From NCBI GenBank assembly GCA_964420075.1, contig CAYQRE010000001.1:133675-197674 (forward strand): a DNA stretch of 64,000 nt, in the 5' to 3' direction. A model generated the notes under the pieces. It worked only from the letters and a program-made list of their open reading frames with translations, searched no databases and was not told where the DNA came from. This document shows positions 45,067-55,073 of the stretch, piece by piece (positions within the stretch are counted from its first letter, which is position 1; each line of letters opens with the position of its first letter). Made by a program: the position numbers and the translations under genes. Origin of the DNA: an uncultured Thermoanaerobaculia bacterium. Lineage in GTDB: Bacteria > Acidobacteriota > Thermoanaerobaculia > Multivoradales > SZUA-115.

Positions 45067-47346
45067 ATGACCACCACCGCCCGCCGGCTCTTTGCCTCGG
45101 CCGTCGCCTGCTGCCTCGCCGCCCTGCCACCGCTGTCGCTCACCGCCGGCGAGGCCTTGGCCGTCCGCAGCGGAGGGGCGCTGCCGAACCCGATCCTCTT
45201 CGTCACCCAGATGCCGATCCCGGTGGACTTCGCGACCATCGGCTCGACCTTTGCCAACCACCTTGGCGGGCTGCAGGAGGTCGGCCGCGGCGGCGACCTC
45301 TACATCCGCTACCCGGACGGCAGCCTGCGCAACCTCACCCAGGAGGCGGGCTACGGCGTGAGCGGCTTCCAGGGTGCGACCGCGATCGCCGTGCGCAACC
45401 CAGCGGTGCACTGGAGCGGCACCAAGGCGGTGTTCAGCATGGTGATCGGCGCTCCCACGCAGCAGTTCCAGCTCGGCACCTACTTCTGGCAGCTCTACGA
45501 GGTGAGCGGCCTCGGCCAGGGGCAGACGGCGGTGATCACCAAGGTGCCCAACCAGCCGGCGCAGTACAACAACGTGATGCCGATCTACGGCTCGGACGGC
45601 CGCATCCTCTTCGTCTCGGACCGCCCGCGCTCCGGCGCGGCCCACCTCTACCCGCAGCTCGACGAGTACGAGGAGACGGCCACCAACACCGGCCTATGGA
45701 GCCTCGACCCGGCGACGGGCAACCTCAACCTCCTCGACCACTCGCCCTCCGGCGTCTTCACGCCCATCCTCGATCGCTACGGCCGGGTGCTGTTCACCCG
45801 CTGGGACCACCTCCAGCGCGACCAGCAGGCCGACACCGACGTCTTGAGCGGCGATACCTACGGCACCTTCAACTACGCCGACGAGAGTGCCGGGGCCACC
45901 CGCTTGCCGAACCGCGACGAGGTCTTCCCCGAGCCCCGGCCGGTGCGCCAGGACCTCCTCGGCGGCACCAACCTGGAGGGTCACACGATCAACCACTTCT
46001 TCCCCTGGCAGGTCTTCCAGAACGGTACCGGGGAAGAGGTGGTCAACCACCTGGGGCGCCACGAGCTGCATGCGTACTTCAACCGCAGCATCAACGACGA
46101 CCCCAACCTCGAAGAGCTGATCGCAGAGACCTCCGGGCGGGTGAACCCCAACTCGATCAACAACTTCCTCCACCTGCGCGAGGACGTGCTGGCGGCCGGT
46201 ACCTACCTCGGCGTGGACGCGCCGGAGTTCCAGACCCACAGCTCCGGCCAGCTGATCGCGATGTTCGCCCCGCCCGGCCGACCCGCCGATCAGATCGCCA
46301 TCACCTACCTCACCCACCCGGACACCCGCCAGGTCGTGCCGGACGGTCAGATGCCGCCGCCCAACCACTCGGGCCACTACCGCAGCCCGCTGCCGCTGGC
46401 GGACGGTGAGGTGGCGGTCGTCCACGCCCCCGAGACGCACCGGGTGGCGAACCTCGGCACCCGCGCCAACCCGGTCCCCAACTACCGTTTCCGCTTGAGG
46501 CTGCTCACCCCGCGCGTGGATGGCTACTTCGAGGCCGGCACGCCGCTCACCGCCGGGATCAGCAAGACGATCTCCTACTGGGACCCGGACGTGCTGGTGC
46601 AGTACAACGGCGAGCTCTGGGAGCTCGACCCGGTGGAGGTCCGGCCGCAGAGCGTGCCGCCCTACCTCACCGCCCCCCTGCCGGCGCCGGAAGCGCAGGT
46701 CTTCCGCGAGGAAGGGGTGAACCCGCGCAGCCTGTCGCGCGACCTCGCGACGCGCGGCCTGGCCCTTCTCGCCGCCCGCAACGTGACCTACCGCGACCAG
46801 CTCGACCACCAACAGCCCTTCAACCTCCTGGTGCCAGGCGGTGAGCAGACGCTGGGTGCTGGCGGGCGGATCTACCAGGTGGCACACATGCAGCTCTTCC
46901 AGGGCGACCAGATCCGCGGCCTCGGCGGCACTGCCAACCCGCGCCCGGGCCGCCGTGTCCTCGCCCAGCTGCTGCATGACCCGGTCGCCGTGGCTGCCAA
47001 CCCACCCAACCCGGGCGGTCCGCTGGCCAGCACCCGGGTGGCCCTCGACGGCTCGGTGGCGGCGTTCGTCCCCGCCCACCGCGCCCTTTCCTGGCAGACC
47101 ACCGATGGCACCGGGACGCCGGTGGTGCGTGAGCGCTACTGGCTGACCTTCCAGCCGGGTGAGCTGCGCGCCTGCGACGGCTGCCACGGGGTCAACAGCC
47201 TCAACCAGGCCGGCGAGCCGGCTGCCAGCAACGCCCCCGAGGCCCTGCGCCAGCTGCTCCAGCACTGGAAGGCCGAGACCGGCCTGATCTTCTCGGACGG
47301 CTTCGAGAGCGGCGACACCAGCGCCTGGGCGTCCACCGTGCCGTAG
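45067..47346 (+). CDS. Large secreted hypothetical protein with single CxxCH motif and C-terminal DGFESGDTSAW tail
   Basis: Start ATG 45067 with signal peptide (MTTTARRLFASAVACCLAALPPLSLTAGEA); 759 aa; CDGCHG near C-terminus; ends ...LIFSDGFESGDTSAWASTVP. Confidence 0.55.
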   Translation: MTTTARRLFASAVACCLAALPPLSLTAGEALAVRSGGALPNPILFVTQMPIPVDFATIGSTFANHLGGLQEVGRGGDLYIRYPDGSLRNLTQEAGYGVSGFQGATAIAVRNPAVHWSGTKAVFSMVIGAPTQQFQLGTYFWQLYEVSGLGQGQTAVITKVPNQPAQYNNVMPIYGSDGRILFVSDRPRSGAAHLYPQLDEYEETATNTGLWSLDPATGNLNLLDHSPSGVFTPILDRYGRVLFTRWDHLQRDQQADTDVLSGDTYGTFNYADESAGATRLPNRDEVFPEPRPVRQDLLGGTNLEGHTINHFFPWQVFQNGTGEEVVNHLGRHELHAYFNRSINDDPNLEELIAETSGRVNPNSINNFLHLREDVLAAGTYLGVDAPEFQTHSSGQLIAMFAPPGRPADQIAITYLTHPDTRQVVPDGQMPPPNHSGHYRSPLPLADGEVAVVHAPETHRVANLGTRANPVPNYRFRLRLLTPRVDGYFEAGTPLTAGISKTISYWDPDVLVQYNGELWELDPVEVRPQSVPPYLTAPLPAPEAQVFREEGVNPRSLSRDLATRGLALLAARNVTYRDQLDHQQPFNLLVPGGEQTLGAGGRIYQVAHMQLFQGDQIRGLGGTANPRPGRRVLAQLLHDPVAVAANPPNPGGPLASTRVALDGSVAAFVPAHRALSWQTTDGTGTPVVRERYWLTFQPGELRACDGCHGVNSLNQAGEPAASNAPEALRQLLQHWKAETGLIFSDGFESGDTSAWASTVP

Positions 47347-47459
47347 CGTGGTGCGAGGTCTGCGGCAGGGCGCCGCCCACCGAGCGGCGACCTGCCGTAC
47401 AATGCCGCCGCACCCTGCGCCTTGCCGACCCGGCGGTCGGCTTCTCTGGTGGGACCTCG

Positions 47460-47828
47460 ATGGACGAGCCCGTTACGCTTTCCTTTGCCGCCTTCTGGAC
47501 CTGGCTCTACGGCCATGCCGGCTGCATCCTGCGCGCTGGCACCGAGGATGCCGTGGTCTATGACGACGAGGACTTCCACTGGGCCTTCCTGAGCGAAGAG
47601 CCCGGCACCGTGGTCGTCCAGGTGCTCAAGGGCAAGCACTTCGTGAGCGAGATCTTCCTGCGGCCCGAAGGTGTCGCCTACGTCCAGGGCACCCCGGGCG
47701 ACACCGAGGGTGAGTTCCTCTTCGAGCTGATCACCGAGACCGAGAAGGAGCGCAAGGCGCCCTACTTCTTCGTGCTCACCCACGGCTACAGCGAGAGCCC
47801 GTCCCCGGCGCACAGCAAGGTGCACTGA
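47460..47828 (+). CDS. Hypothetical cytoplasmic protein (122 aa)
   Basis: Intact ORF with normal composition, TACAAT -10-like element and hairpin upstream; no recognisable domain. Confidence 0.4.
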   Translation: MDEPVTLSFAAFWTWLYGHAGCILRAGTEDAVVYDDEDFHWAFLSEEPGTVVVQVLKGKHFVSEIFLRPEGVAYVQGTPGDTEGEFLFELITETEKERKAPYFFVLTHGYSESPSPAHSKVH

Positions 47829-47989
47829 GCCTCTGGCGGCTCGCCCCACCGCCGCCTGCCGTCCACACCGGCCCGCCTGGCAGGACGGGAAGGGGCCACT
47901 CCCTATCCCCCGGGGTATTGCCGGCCCATCGGTAGCGGCCTACAAGCTTGTGGACGAGGAGTGCGAACGACGAGAGGAAGGAGGCCACC

Positions 47990-48913
47990 ATGCGCACGAT
48001 TCGCCGAATCCTCTATGCCTCGGACTTCACCCCTGGCGCCGAACAGGCCCTCCCCGAAGCCCATTGGCTGGCGCGGGAGATGGGCGCCGAGCTGCACCTC
48101 TTCCATGCCCTGATCCCACCCTGGGAGTACCTCGATCCGCTGGCGCCGTATCCGGTGCCACAGGAGGAGAGCCTGCCCCGCCTCGAAGCGAGTGCCGAGG
48201 CCGAGCAGGAACGCCTGGTCCGCTCCCTGGGTGCCACCACGGTCCCGGTACGCAGTGTCGTGCGGCGCAGCTCGACGCCCGCCACCGCCATCCTCGCCTA
48301 CGTCGCCGAGGCCGACATCGACCTGATCGTTGCCGGCACCCACGGCCGGCGGGGCCTCGGCCGCTGGGTGCTGGGCAGCGTCGCCGAGGAGCTCGTCCGC
48401 CTTGCCCCCTGCCCGGTGCTCACCGTCCGCGAGCAGGAGAAGCCCCGGCCGGCCGAGGTCCCCAAGCGGATCCTGCTGCCGATCGACTTCTCCGAGCCCT
48501 CTCGCGCCGTGCTGCCGTGGGCTCGCGAGCTGGCGGCCCGCTGGGGTAGCGAGCTCGAGCTGCTGCACATCGTCGAGCAGCTGGTGCTGCCGACCTTCTA
48601 CTTCCCGGGTGCGCCGAGCGCACAGCCCCTCGACCTCGAGAAGATCCGCAAGACGGCGGTCGAGGAGCTCGGCAAGCTGATCGCGGCGGAAGGGCCGGCG
48701 GTCCGCTCGAAGATCGAGGTGGTGCAGGCACCACCGGCGCTCGGCATCCTGGAGATCGCCAAGGACCACCAGATCGACCTGATCGTGATGGCCACCCGTG
48801 GCTTGACCGGGCTCGAGCACCTGCTGCTCGGCAGCACCGCCGAGAAGGTGGTGCGCCAGGCACCTTGCCCGGTGCTCACCGTGGGCAGCAAGGCGCTCGA
48901 AGCGAAGGGCTGA
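47990..48913 (+). CDS. Universal stress protein, tandem UspA domains
   Basis: Start ATG 47990 (GAGGAAGGAGG RBS); two Usp domains each ending ...GSVAEELVRLAPCPVLTV / GSTAEKVVRQAPCPVLTV. Confidence 0.75.
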   Translation: MRTIRRILYASDFTPGAEQALPEAHWLAREMGAELHLFHALIPPWEYLDPLAPYPVPQEESLPRLEASAEAEQERLVRSLGATTVPVRSVVRRSSTPATAILAYVAEADIDLIVAGTHGRRGLGRWVLGSVAEELVRLAPCPVLTVREQEKPRPAEVPKRILLPIDFSEPSRAVLPWARELAARWGSELELLHIVEQLVLPTFYFPGAPSAQPLDLEKIRKTAVEELGKLIAAEGPAVRSKIEVVQAPPALGILEIAKDHQIDLIVMATRGLTGLEHLLLGSTAEKVVRQAPCPVLTVGSKALEAKG

Positions 48914-48937
48914 GCCGACGCGCGGCCCGCGACGAGC

Positions 48938-49291
48938 TCAGAACGGCTTGTAGACCCCGAGGTAGGCGGCGAGAACGCCCAGCGCCGGCAGCAGCCACCA
49001 CCACAGCGCCGCCTTCTCGGGGAGCTTGCGCAGCAACACCACCACGCCGCCCAGAGCGAGCCAGATCACCAGCTTGACGAGCGCCCAGGCCGGCAGGCCG
49101 AGGCCGAGCTTGCCAAGCATCGCGAAGCCGCTGACGAAGAGCAGCAGCAAGGCGAAGCCATGAGTGATCCCGGCTCGCCGGCGGGCGCTGTCGCTGCCCG
49201 TCTCGCCCGCCCGCACGACCAACGAGCCGAGGGCGAGGAAGGTGAGGATCACGCCTGCGAGGTGCAGGACTTTGTAGAAGACCGCGCTCAT
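48938..49291 (-). CDS. Small 4-TM membrane protein, unknown function
   Basis: 117 aa hydrophobic; ATGA overlap with upstream hbd (translational coupling). Confidence 0.45.
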   Translation of the reverse strand: MSAVFYKVLHLAGVILTFLALGSLVVRAGETGSDSARRRAGITHGFALLLLFVSGFAMLGKLGLGLPAWALVKLVIWLALGGVVVLLRKLPEKAALWWWLLPALGVLAAYLGVYKPF

Positions 49292-50178
49292 CTGCCGCTC
49301 TCCCGCTTGCGGTTGCCCTCGTCGTCGTACTCGTAGACGCCGCGACCCACCTTGCGACCGAGGCGCCCGGCCTTGACGTGTTGCACGAGGAGGTTGCTGG
49401 GCCGGTAGGCCTCACCGAGCGTCTTGTGGAGGAACTCGAGGATCGCCAGCCGCACGTCGAGGCCCACGAGGTCCACCATCTCGAAAGGCCCCATCGGATG
49501 GTTGAGGCCGAGCTTCAAGGCGGTGTCGATGTCCTCGGCGCTCGCCACCCCCTCCTGCAGCATGCGGAAGGCCTCGTTGCCGATCAAGACGTTGATCCGG
49601 CTGGTGACGAAGCCGGGCGACTCGTTGACCAGCACCGTCGTCTTGCCCATGCGGTGCGAGACCTCTTCGATCGCCGCGATGGTCTCCGGCGAGGTCTCGA
49701 GGCCGCGCACGATCTCGACCAGCTTCATCACGTGCACGGGGTTGAAGAAGTGCATGCCAGCGAAGCGCTCGGGGCGGCCGCTCGCTGCCGCCATCTCGGT
49801 GATCGACAGCGCCGAGGTGTTGGAAGCGAAGAGGGCGTGCGCGGGCGCCGCCCGGGCCACGGCCGCAAAGGTCTCGATCTTGAGCGGCATCGACTCCGGG
49901 ATCGCCTCGATCACCAGGTCGGAGCCGTCGACGGCCGCCGCGAGGTCGGTGTGCAGGCTGAGGTTGGCCTTGGCGGCGCCGGCTGCCGCGGCCGCCAGCT
50001 TGCCCAGCTCCACGCCCTTGTCGAGGTTCTTGTGGATACGGCCGCGGGCGGCCTCGAGCACGCTCTCGGCGACGTCGAAGAGCCGGGTGGAGTAGCCGGC
50101 GACGGCGGCCACGTGGGCGATCCCTCGCCCCATGGTGCCGGCGCCGAGGACGGCGATGGTGTGAATGGGCTGGCTCAT
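49288..50178 (-). CDS. 3-hydroxyacyl-CoA / 3-hydroxybutyryl-CoA dehydrogenase
   Basis: Start ATG 50178 (GGAGG RBS); NAD motif IAVLGAGTMGRGIA, catalytic region ...SNTSALSITE...FFNPVHVMKLVE. Confidence 0.85.
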   Translation of the reverse strand: MSQPIHTIAVLGAGTMGRGIAHVAAVAGYSTRLFDVAESVLEAARGRIHKNLDKGVELGKLAAAAAGAAKANLSLHTDLAAAVDGSDLVIEAIPESMPLKIETFAAVARAAPAHALFASNTSALSITEMAAASGRPERFAGMHFFNPVHVMKLVEIVRGLETSPETIAAIEEVSHRMGKTTVLVNESPGFVTSRINVLIGNEAFRMLQEGVASAEDIDTALKLGLNHPMGPFEMVDLVGLDVRLAILEFLHKTLGEAYRPSNLLVQHVKAGRLGRKVGRGVYEYDDEGNRKRESGR

Positions 50179-50221
50179 GGTCCTCCGCGGTGTCGATGGG
50201 GTGTGACGTCGGAGACGGTGC

Positions 50222-50890
50222 TCAGGAGACGGGCAGGGCCGCCGAGAGCCCACTGCCGGTGGTCTTCTCCGCCAGCGTCTTCAGCTCGTCGGCGATCGCC
50301 AGCGTGCTGCGGGTGGCGGCAGCCACCGCCTCCTGGAGGGCTGGCGTGGTGGCGTAGCGTTCGAGGATCTCGCGGCCCAGCTGGTGATGGTGCGCCTCCT
50401 CCGGCTGGATCACCTCGCGGTAGAGGCGGGCCGTGGCGTCGTCCCCCACTGACTCGCAGAAGGCGATGAACTGCTGGTTGCGCACCTGGGCAATCGCCTC
50501 GCTGGAGAACGGGCCGGCAGCGATGCGCTCCACGGTGGTGCGCAGGCCGTGCATGTAGTGGTAGAGGGGGCTGCGGCCGTCCGCCAAGGGATCGAAGCCG
50601 GCGAGGTCGTCGCCCAGCTCGGCCAGGCGCTCGGAGATCAACCGGTAGTGGCGCATCTCGTCGCCGCATTGGGCCGCGAAGACGTGCTTGGCGTCGAGCT
50701 CCGGCGTCGATGGCATCCAGTAGGCGGCGAGCTCGCTCGCCTCGAGCTCGCTGGCAAGCGCCAGGCGCAGGAGAGTCACGACCTCGACCTTGCCCTCGGA
50801 CTCGGCCTCGAGGGTCTCTTGCTCGCCCAGCCGGGCGAACAGTCCCTCCATCTCGGCCACCAGCCCGGCGACGAACTCTCGGCTGTCCAA
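50222..50890 (-). CDS. Ferritin-like diiron-carboxylate protein (putative; TTG start)
   Basis: Two E-x-x-H motifs (DEMRH, EEAHHH) in helical bundle context; start tentatively TTG 50890 with GAGGAG RBS. Confidence 0.45.
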   Translation of the reverse strand: MDSREFVAGLVAEMEGLFARLGEQETLEAESEGKVEVVTLLRLALASELEASELAAYWMPSTPELDAKHVFAAQCGDEMRHYRLISERLAELGDDLAGFDPLADGRSPLYHYMHGLRTTVERIAAGPFSSEAIAQVRNQQFIAFCESVGDDATARLYREVIQPEEAHHHQLGREILERYATTPALQEAVAAATRSTLAIADELKTLAEKTTGSGLSAALPVS

Positions 50891-51053
50891 CCTGTGGCTC
50901 CTCTCGTGACGGCGGTCTGCCGACGGGCAGCGCCCGCCCGACCACCGAGGACAGATCCAACGTTCGCTCGTACTATATGAAAGCCGTCTCGGCGATTCGA
51001 CCCAAGCGCTGGTGACGTCACTCCAGGGAGCCCTCTCAAGCCCCGCCGCGACC

Positions 51054-52457
51054 ATGATCCAGATCCACCAGCACCCCGCTGTGCGGGCCCTCCTCCGCGA
51101 TCAGCTTCCCGGCGATCGGTTTCCTGGCGACCGGCCTCCTGGCGCCGCAGGCGTGCCCCTCGTCGTCGAGCCGGCGGACGACATGCTGCGTTACACCTAC
51201 GACCTCACCCTCGGTGCCTGGGACCAGGCCTTCGTCCACTACGTGCGCTCGGGCCTGCTGGCCGCGCAGACCGTCTCGCGCGCCCTGGCGGGCCGGCTGC
51301 CGGCCGCGGGCTCGGCCCTCCTCGACTTCGCCTGTGGCTACGGCCGGGTCACGCGCTTCTTGCCCTCCTTCCTGCCGGGTGCGCGGCTCTTCGCTGCCGA
51401 CATCCTCGCCGGCGCCGTCGACTTCCAACGCCGCCAGCTCGGCGTCGAGGCGCTGCAGTCGACGGCCGAGCCCGCGGACTTCGCCTGCCCGCACCGCTTC
51501 GACGCCATCATCGTCCTCTCCCTCTTCACCCACCTGCCCCACCGCACTTTCCGGGCCTGGCTGCAGCGCCTCCTCGGCCTGCTCAAACCGGGCGGCGTGC
51601 TGCTGTTCTCGACCCACGACCTCTCCCTCGCCCCGCAGGCCGCCGCAGAGACCGAGCCCGGCTTGCGTTTCGAGGCGCAGAGCGAGGCGAGCACCCTGGC
51701 TGCCGACGTCTACGGCAGCACCTGGGTCAGCGAGGACTACGTCCGCGCCACCGTCGCGACCCTCGGCGAGGGGGCACTCGCGGTCTGGCGCCAGCCACGC
51801 GGGCTCTGGCACCTCCACGACCTCTACTTGGTGGAGACGGCGGCGAGCGCACCGGCGGCGGCCCCCGATCTGCGGCGTGGTCCGCTGGGCCACCTCGACC
51901 GCTGCGTGCTGGCCTCCCCCGAGCTCCTGCAGCTGCACGGCTGGGCCTGCGACCTGGACGCGCTCGGCAGCCCCACCACCATCGAGGTGAAACTCGGCGA
52001 CGAGGTGCTGACCACCACCTCGACCGCCGACTACCGCCTCGACGTGGCCCAGGCCCACAACGACGAGCGCTTCCTCCACAGCGGTTGGCAGCGCTCCTGC
52101 CGGCTCCGCGACATCGCCGTCAGGATGCAGGATGTGCTTCTCGTCAAAGCGGTGGGGCACGACGGCCTGGAGCTGGTGCTCTACGCCGGGCAGCTGGAGT
52201 CCGCCCTGCACTACCTGCCGCTGTTCGACACCAAGGCGGCGCTCGCCACCGCCAACCTGGAGCTGGCGCAGAAGGAGCACGCTCTCTCCCAGGCGAGGGC
52301 CGAGGTCGCCGCCCTCAGAGCGGCCTTGGCGCACCACGAGGCCACCGCGACGGCCCTGCGAGACCGGGTCCGCTCGCTCGAGGCAAGCTGGCCCGCACGA
52401 CTGCGCAGAGCCTGGCGGCGGCTCCGCGGCAAGCGCTCGGCCTCAGAGATCCCGTAG
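51054..52457 (+). CDS. Class I SAM-dependent methyltransferase with C-terminal coiled-coil extension (alt. start 51012)
   Basis: LLDFACGYGRVTRFL SAM motif, LLKPGGVLLFSTHD motif. Confidence 0.55.
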   Translation: MIQIHQHPAVRALLRDQLPGDRFPGDRPPGAAGVPLVVEPADDMLRYTYDLTLGAWDQAFVHYVRSGLLAAQTVSRALAGRLPAAGSALLDFACGYGRVTRFLPSFLPGARLFAADILAGAVDFQRRQLGVEALQSTAEPADFACPHRFDAIIVLSLFTHLPHRTFRAWLQRLLGLLKPGGVLLFSTHDLSLAPQAAAETEPGLRFEAQSEASTLAADVYGSTWVSEDYVRATVATLGEGALAVWRQPRGLWHLHDLYLVETAASAPAAAPDLRRGPLGHLDRCVLASPELLQLHGWACDLDALGSPTTIEVKLGDEVLTTTSTADYRLDVAQAHNDERFLHSGWQRSCRLRDIAVRMQDVLLVKAVGHDGLELVLYAGQLESALHYLPLFDTKAALATANLELAQKEHALSQARAEVAALRAALAHHEATATALRDRVRSLEASWPARLRRAWRRLRGKRSASEIP

Positions 52458-53072
52458 CACGGCCCGCACGGGAGAGGCGTCGAGGCCGGTGAGCCTCAAG
52501 GGTAGGGCGATCAGCTCGTAGAGGCCGGGCGGCACCTCGGCGAGCAGCAGCCCTTCGAGGATCACCACCCCAGCCCCGGCGAGAGCATGGTGGGCGGGCA
52601 GCTCGGGGCTTCCCGGCGGATCGACCGAGGGGGTATCGAGGCCGAGGAGGAGCAGCCTGCGCGCCGCGAGCAGGCGGGCCGCCTCCGGGGCCAGGGCTGT
52701 GAAGTGGTTCGGGAAGCTGGTGCCGTCCGCCACGCTCCCCGTCTTCAGCAAGAGCCGCGCTGGGTCGCCGGGGAGGGCGGGCGGCAGATGCTCGGGGCCG
52801 AGGAGGGGAACGGCCGGAACTTCCACCACCCTGCAAGGCCCGAGGAAGGACGCGAGAGGCAGCTCACCGATACCGGCTCCCTCCGCTTCCGTGTGGCAGG
52901 GAGCGTCCGCATGCGAGCCCAGGTGCGTGGTCGTGCGGATGGCCGCAACGGCGGCGCCGTCACCGCCGGCGAGGGTGGCCGTCCACTCGACGCTGAGCGG
53001 CACGTCGCCGGGATAGACCGGCGTTGCCGGCGACAGGCGAGGCGAAAGGTCGAAGATCCGGCGCGAGCCCAT
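52443..53072 (-). CDS. Cyclase-family protein (kynurenine formamidase-like)
   Basis: Start ATG 53072; ...THLGSHADAPCH... and ELPAHHALAGAGVVILEGL motifs typical of the putative cyclase family. Confidence 0.6.
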   Translation of the reverse strand: MGSRRIFDLSPRLSPATPVYPGDVPLSVEWTATLAGGDGAAVAAIRTTTHLGSHADAPCHTEAEGAGIGELPLASFLGPCRVVEVPAVPLLGPEHLPPALPGDPARLLLKTGSVADGTSFPNHFTALAPEAARLLAARRLLLLGLDTPSVDPPGSPELPAHHALAGAGVVILEGLLLAEVPPGLYELIALPLRLTGLDASPVRAVLRDL

Positions 53073-53109
53073 GCCTGGATGTTGCCACAGGCGCGGCCGC
53101 AGGGACCGC

Positions 53110-53742
53110 TCAGCGCCGAGGGCCGGCCGCCTCCGGCGCCGCCGGCCGCGGCTCCTCCTCCTGCCGCGGCCGGCTCGCCCCCTCGCCCACGAGCTGGCGA
53201 GGAACTTCGGGGCCGGCCAGGGCGATGGCGTCGGCGATCGCTCGGTCGAGCCGGCCGCGCAGGCGCACCAGAGTGAGGCTGTCGTCCTCCAGCGCCACGA
53301 TGTAGATGCCACGGATGCCGCCGCCGTCTTGTTGGAAGAAGACGGCGCCGCTCGACTCGGCGTCCTGAAAGCGGGCCGCCGCCAGCCAGCCGCGGCGAGC
53401 CGCCAGCTGCGACAGCCGGCCGATCGCCCGCGCGGCGTCGCCGTCGTCCCGCGACGCGAGGTCGTAGACCGCGAGCTCCACACCGTTGACGTGCTGCAGC
53501 AGGCTGGCGACCTGCTCCTCTTCGTCATCCTCCGCCGCGGCCCGCACGATCGAGCGTGCGAGCCCCAGCGACAACCTGCCGAGCTTGAGCTCCATGTCGG
53601 GGTAGGCGCGGAGGCCGGGCAACGCCCGCTGCGCCTCGGCCTCCAAGGGCACGAGGCCGGGGGCGGAGAAGAAGCAAGCGCCCAGGGGCAGCGCCAGGAG
53701 GGCGATCACGAGGGGGGTAGAACGTCTGGCGAGCCTACGCAT
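53110..53742 (-). CDS. DUF4252-family lipoprotein
   Basis: Lipoprotein signal (LLALPLGACF); pattern typical of DUF4252 proteins encoded beside ECF sigma/anti-sigma pairs. Confidence 0.5.
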   Translation of the reverse strand: MRRLARRSTPLVIALLALPLGACFFSAPGLVPLEAEAQRALPGLRAYPDMELKLGRLSLGLARSIVRAAAEDDEEEQVASLLQHVNGVELAVYDLASRDDGDAARAIGRLSQLAARRGWLAAARFQDAESSGAVFFQQDGGGIRGIYIVALEDDSLTLVRLRGRLDRAIADAIALAGPEVPRQLVGEGASRPRQEEEPRPAAPEAAGPRR

Positions 53743-53771
53743 GGAGATCTCCTTGCCGTCTTGCGGTCGAC

Positions 53772-54425
53772 TTACTCACCGGGCGGCTTCACCGGCGGTG
53801 CGGGCGCAGCCTCGCCGCCCGCCCCCAGCTCGCTCGAGACGTCCCCGAGGTCGCCGATGTCGAAGCGCTGGGCGATGCGGCCGATCTGCGCCGGGTCCAC
53901 CTCACCCGCGATGTTGATGAAGCCGAGCTGCTGGTCGGCGTCGAGGAAGAGGGCGACCAGACCCGAGATCCGCGTGCCGTCCGTCTGCAGCAGGAGATAG
54001 GTCTGCGTGGCCTCCTTGCGCACCCACACCGCTCGCTGCCAGCCCAGGGCCTCGAGCCGGGCGGCGGTCCGCCCGAGGGCGCCGGCGAGGGCCGGGCGCT
54101 CCGCGGGCTCGGTGCGATACAGCCGGAAGAGGACCGAGCGGATCTTCGCCAGCGCCCGCGCCAGCTCCGGGTCCGCGGCCTTGGCAGCCTCGGCCACGAA
54201 CTGGATCAATGGCCCCTGCAGGTTGACCTCGACACTCAAGGCCTCGTCATCGAGCTTGAGGCCGAGCTTCTGCGGATCAGCGAAGCCCGGTCCGAAGGAA
54301 GCCGCGGGCGGCTGCGCCACGAGCACAGCGGGAAGGACGAGCGCGCCGGCGCCGGCGAGGGCAGCGCGTCGCCACCACCGCGAGGTCCCGGCTGACCGCC
54401 AGGGAGTGAGCTCTGCTTGTTGCAT
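53772..54425 (-). CDS. DUF4252-family secreted protein (second copy)
   Basis: Signal peptide; similar architecture to the adjacent gene (..LGLKLDDEALSVEVNLQGPLIQFVAE..). Confidence 0.5.
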   Translation of the reverse strand: MQQAELTPWRSAGTSRWWRRAALAGAGALVLPAVLVAQPPAASFGPGFADPQKLGLKLDDEALSVEVNLQGPLIQFVAEAAKAADPELARALAKIRSVLFRLYRTEPAERPALAGALGRTAARLEALGWQRAVWVRKEATQTYLLLQTDGTRISGLVALFLDADQQLGFINIAGEVDPAQIGRIAQRFDIGDLGDVSSELGAGGEAAPAPPVKPPGE

Positions 54426-54470
54426 GACCTTGGACCTCCGTTTCGCACTCCGACCCGCGGCGGACCTTCG

Positions 54471-55073
54471 CTACCGCAGGGTGGCGTGGCCCAGCAGCTC
54501 TTGCGCTGGCGCCACGACGTTCTCGACCACTTCCTCGCGGACCACCGCGCCCGCTTCGCGCCCAACCCGGCCCAGATAGGCCAGGGTGAGCTCCAACTCG
54601 CGCTCGGCCCGCGCCACCTCGGCCGCCGAGGGTCGCCCGCTCGTCCGTGGGGCCGCCAGCTGGTAGGTGAGACCACCGGCCACCACGGCGAGCAAGGCGG
54701 CGGCCGCAGCCGGCGCCGCACGACGCCACAAAGTCGCCACCGGCGCTTCCGACCGGCGCCCACTCTCAACCACCCTCTCCGTCGCCGGTGGCCGCCAGGC
54801 CAGGACGCGCGCCCCTGCCGCCTCGCCCTCGGCCACGGCAAGCACGGCGCGGCTCAGGGCCGGCGGGCAGCTCGGACGCGGCAGCGCTGCGAAGGTCGCC
54901 GCCAGCTCGTCGGCCAGCGCCGCTTCACTGGCGCAGGCTGCACAGGCGCTCAGGTGAGCGGCGAGGAAGGCCTCCTCCGCGGCGCTGAGATCACCGTCCC
55001 CACGACGGTCGAGCAAGGCCTGGGCGCGGTGGCACAACGCCGCCCCGGCAACGAGGTCAGGCGGTCGCGGCAT
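54471..55073 (-). CDS. Anti-sigma factor, zf-HC2 type
   Basis: AHLSACAACASE (HxxxCxxC) motif, single TM; overlaps sigma gene stop. Confidence 0.65.
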   Translation of the reverse strand: MPRPPDLVAGAALCHRAQALLDRRGDGDLSAAEEAFLAAHLSACAACASEAALADELAATFAALPRPSCPPALSRAVLAVAEGEAAGARVLAWRPPATERVVESGRRSEAPVATLWRRAAPAAAAALLAVVAGGLTYQLAAPRTSGRPSAAEVARAERELELTLAYLGRVGREAGAVVREEVVENVVAPAQELLGHATLR

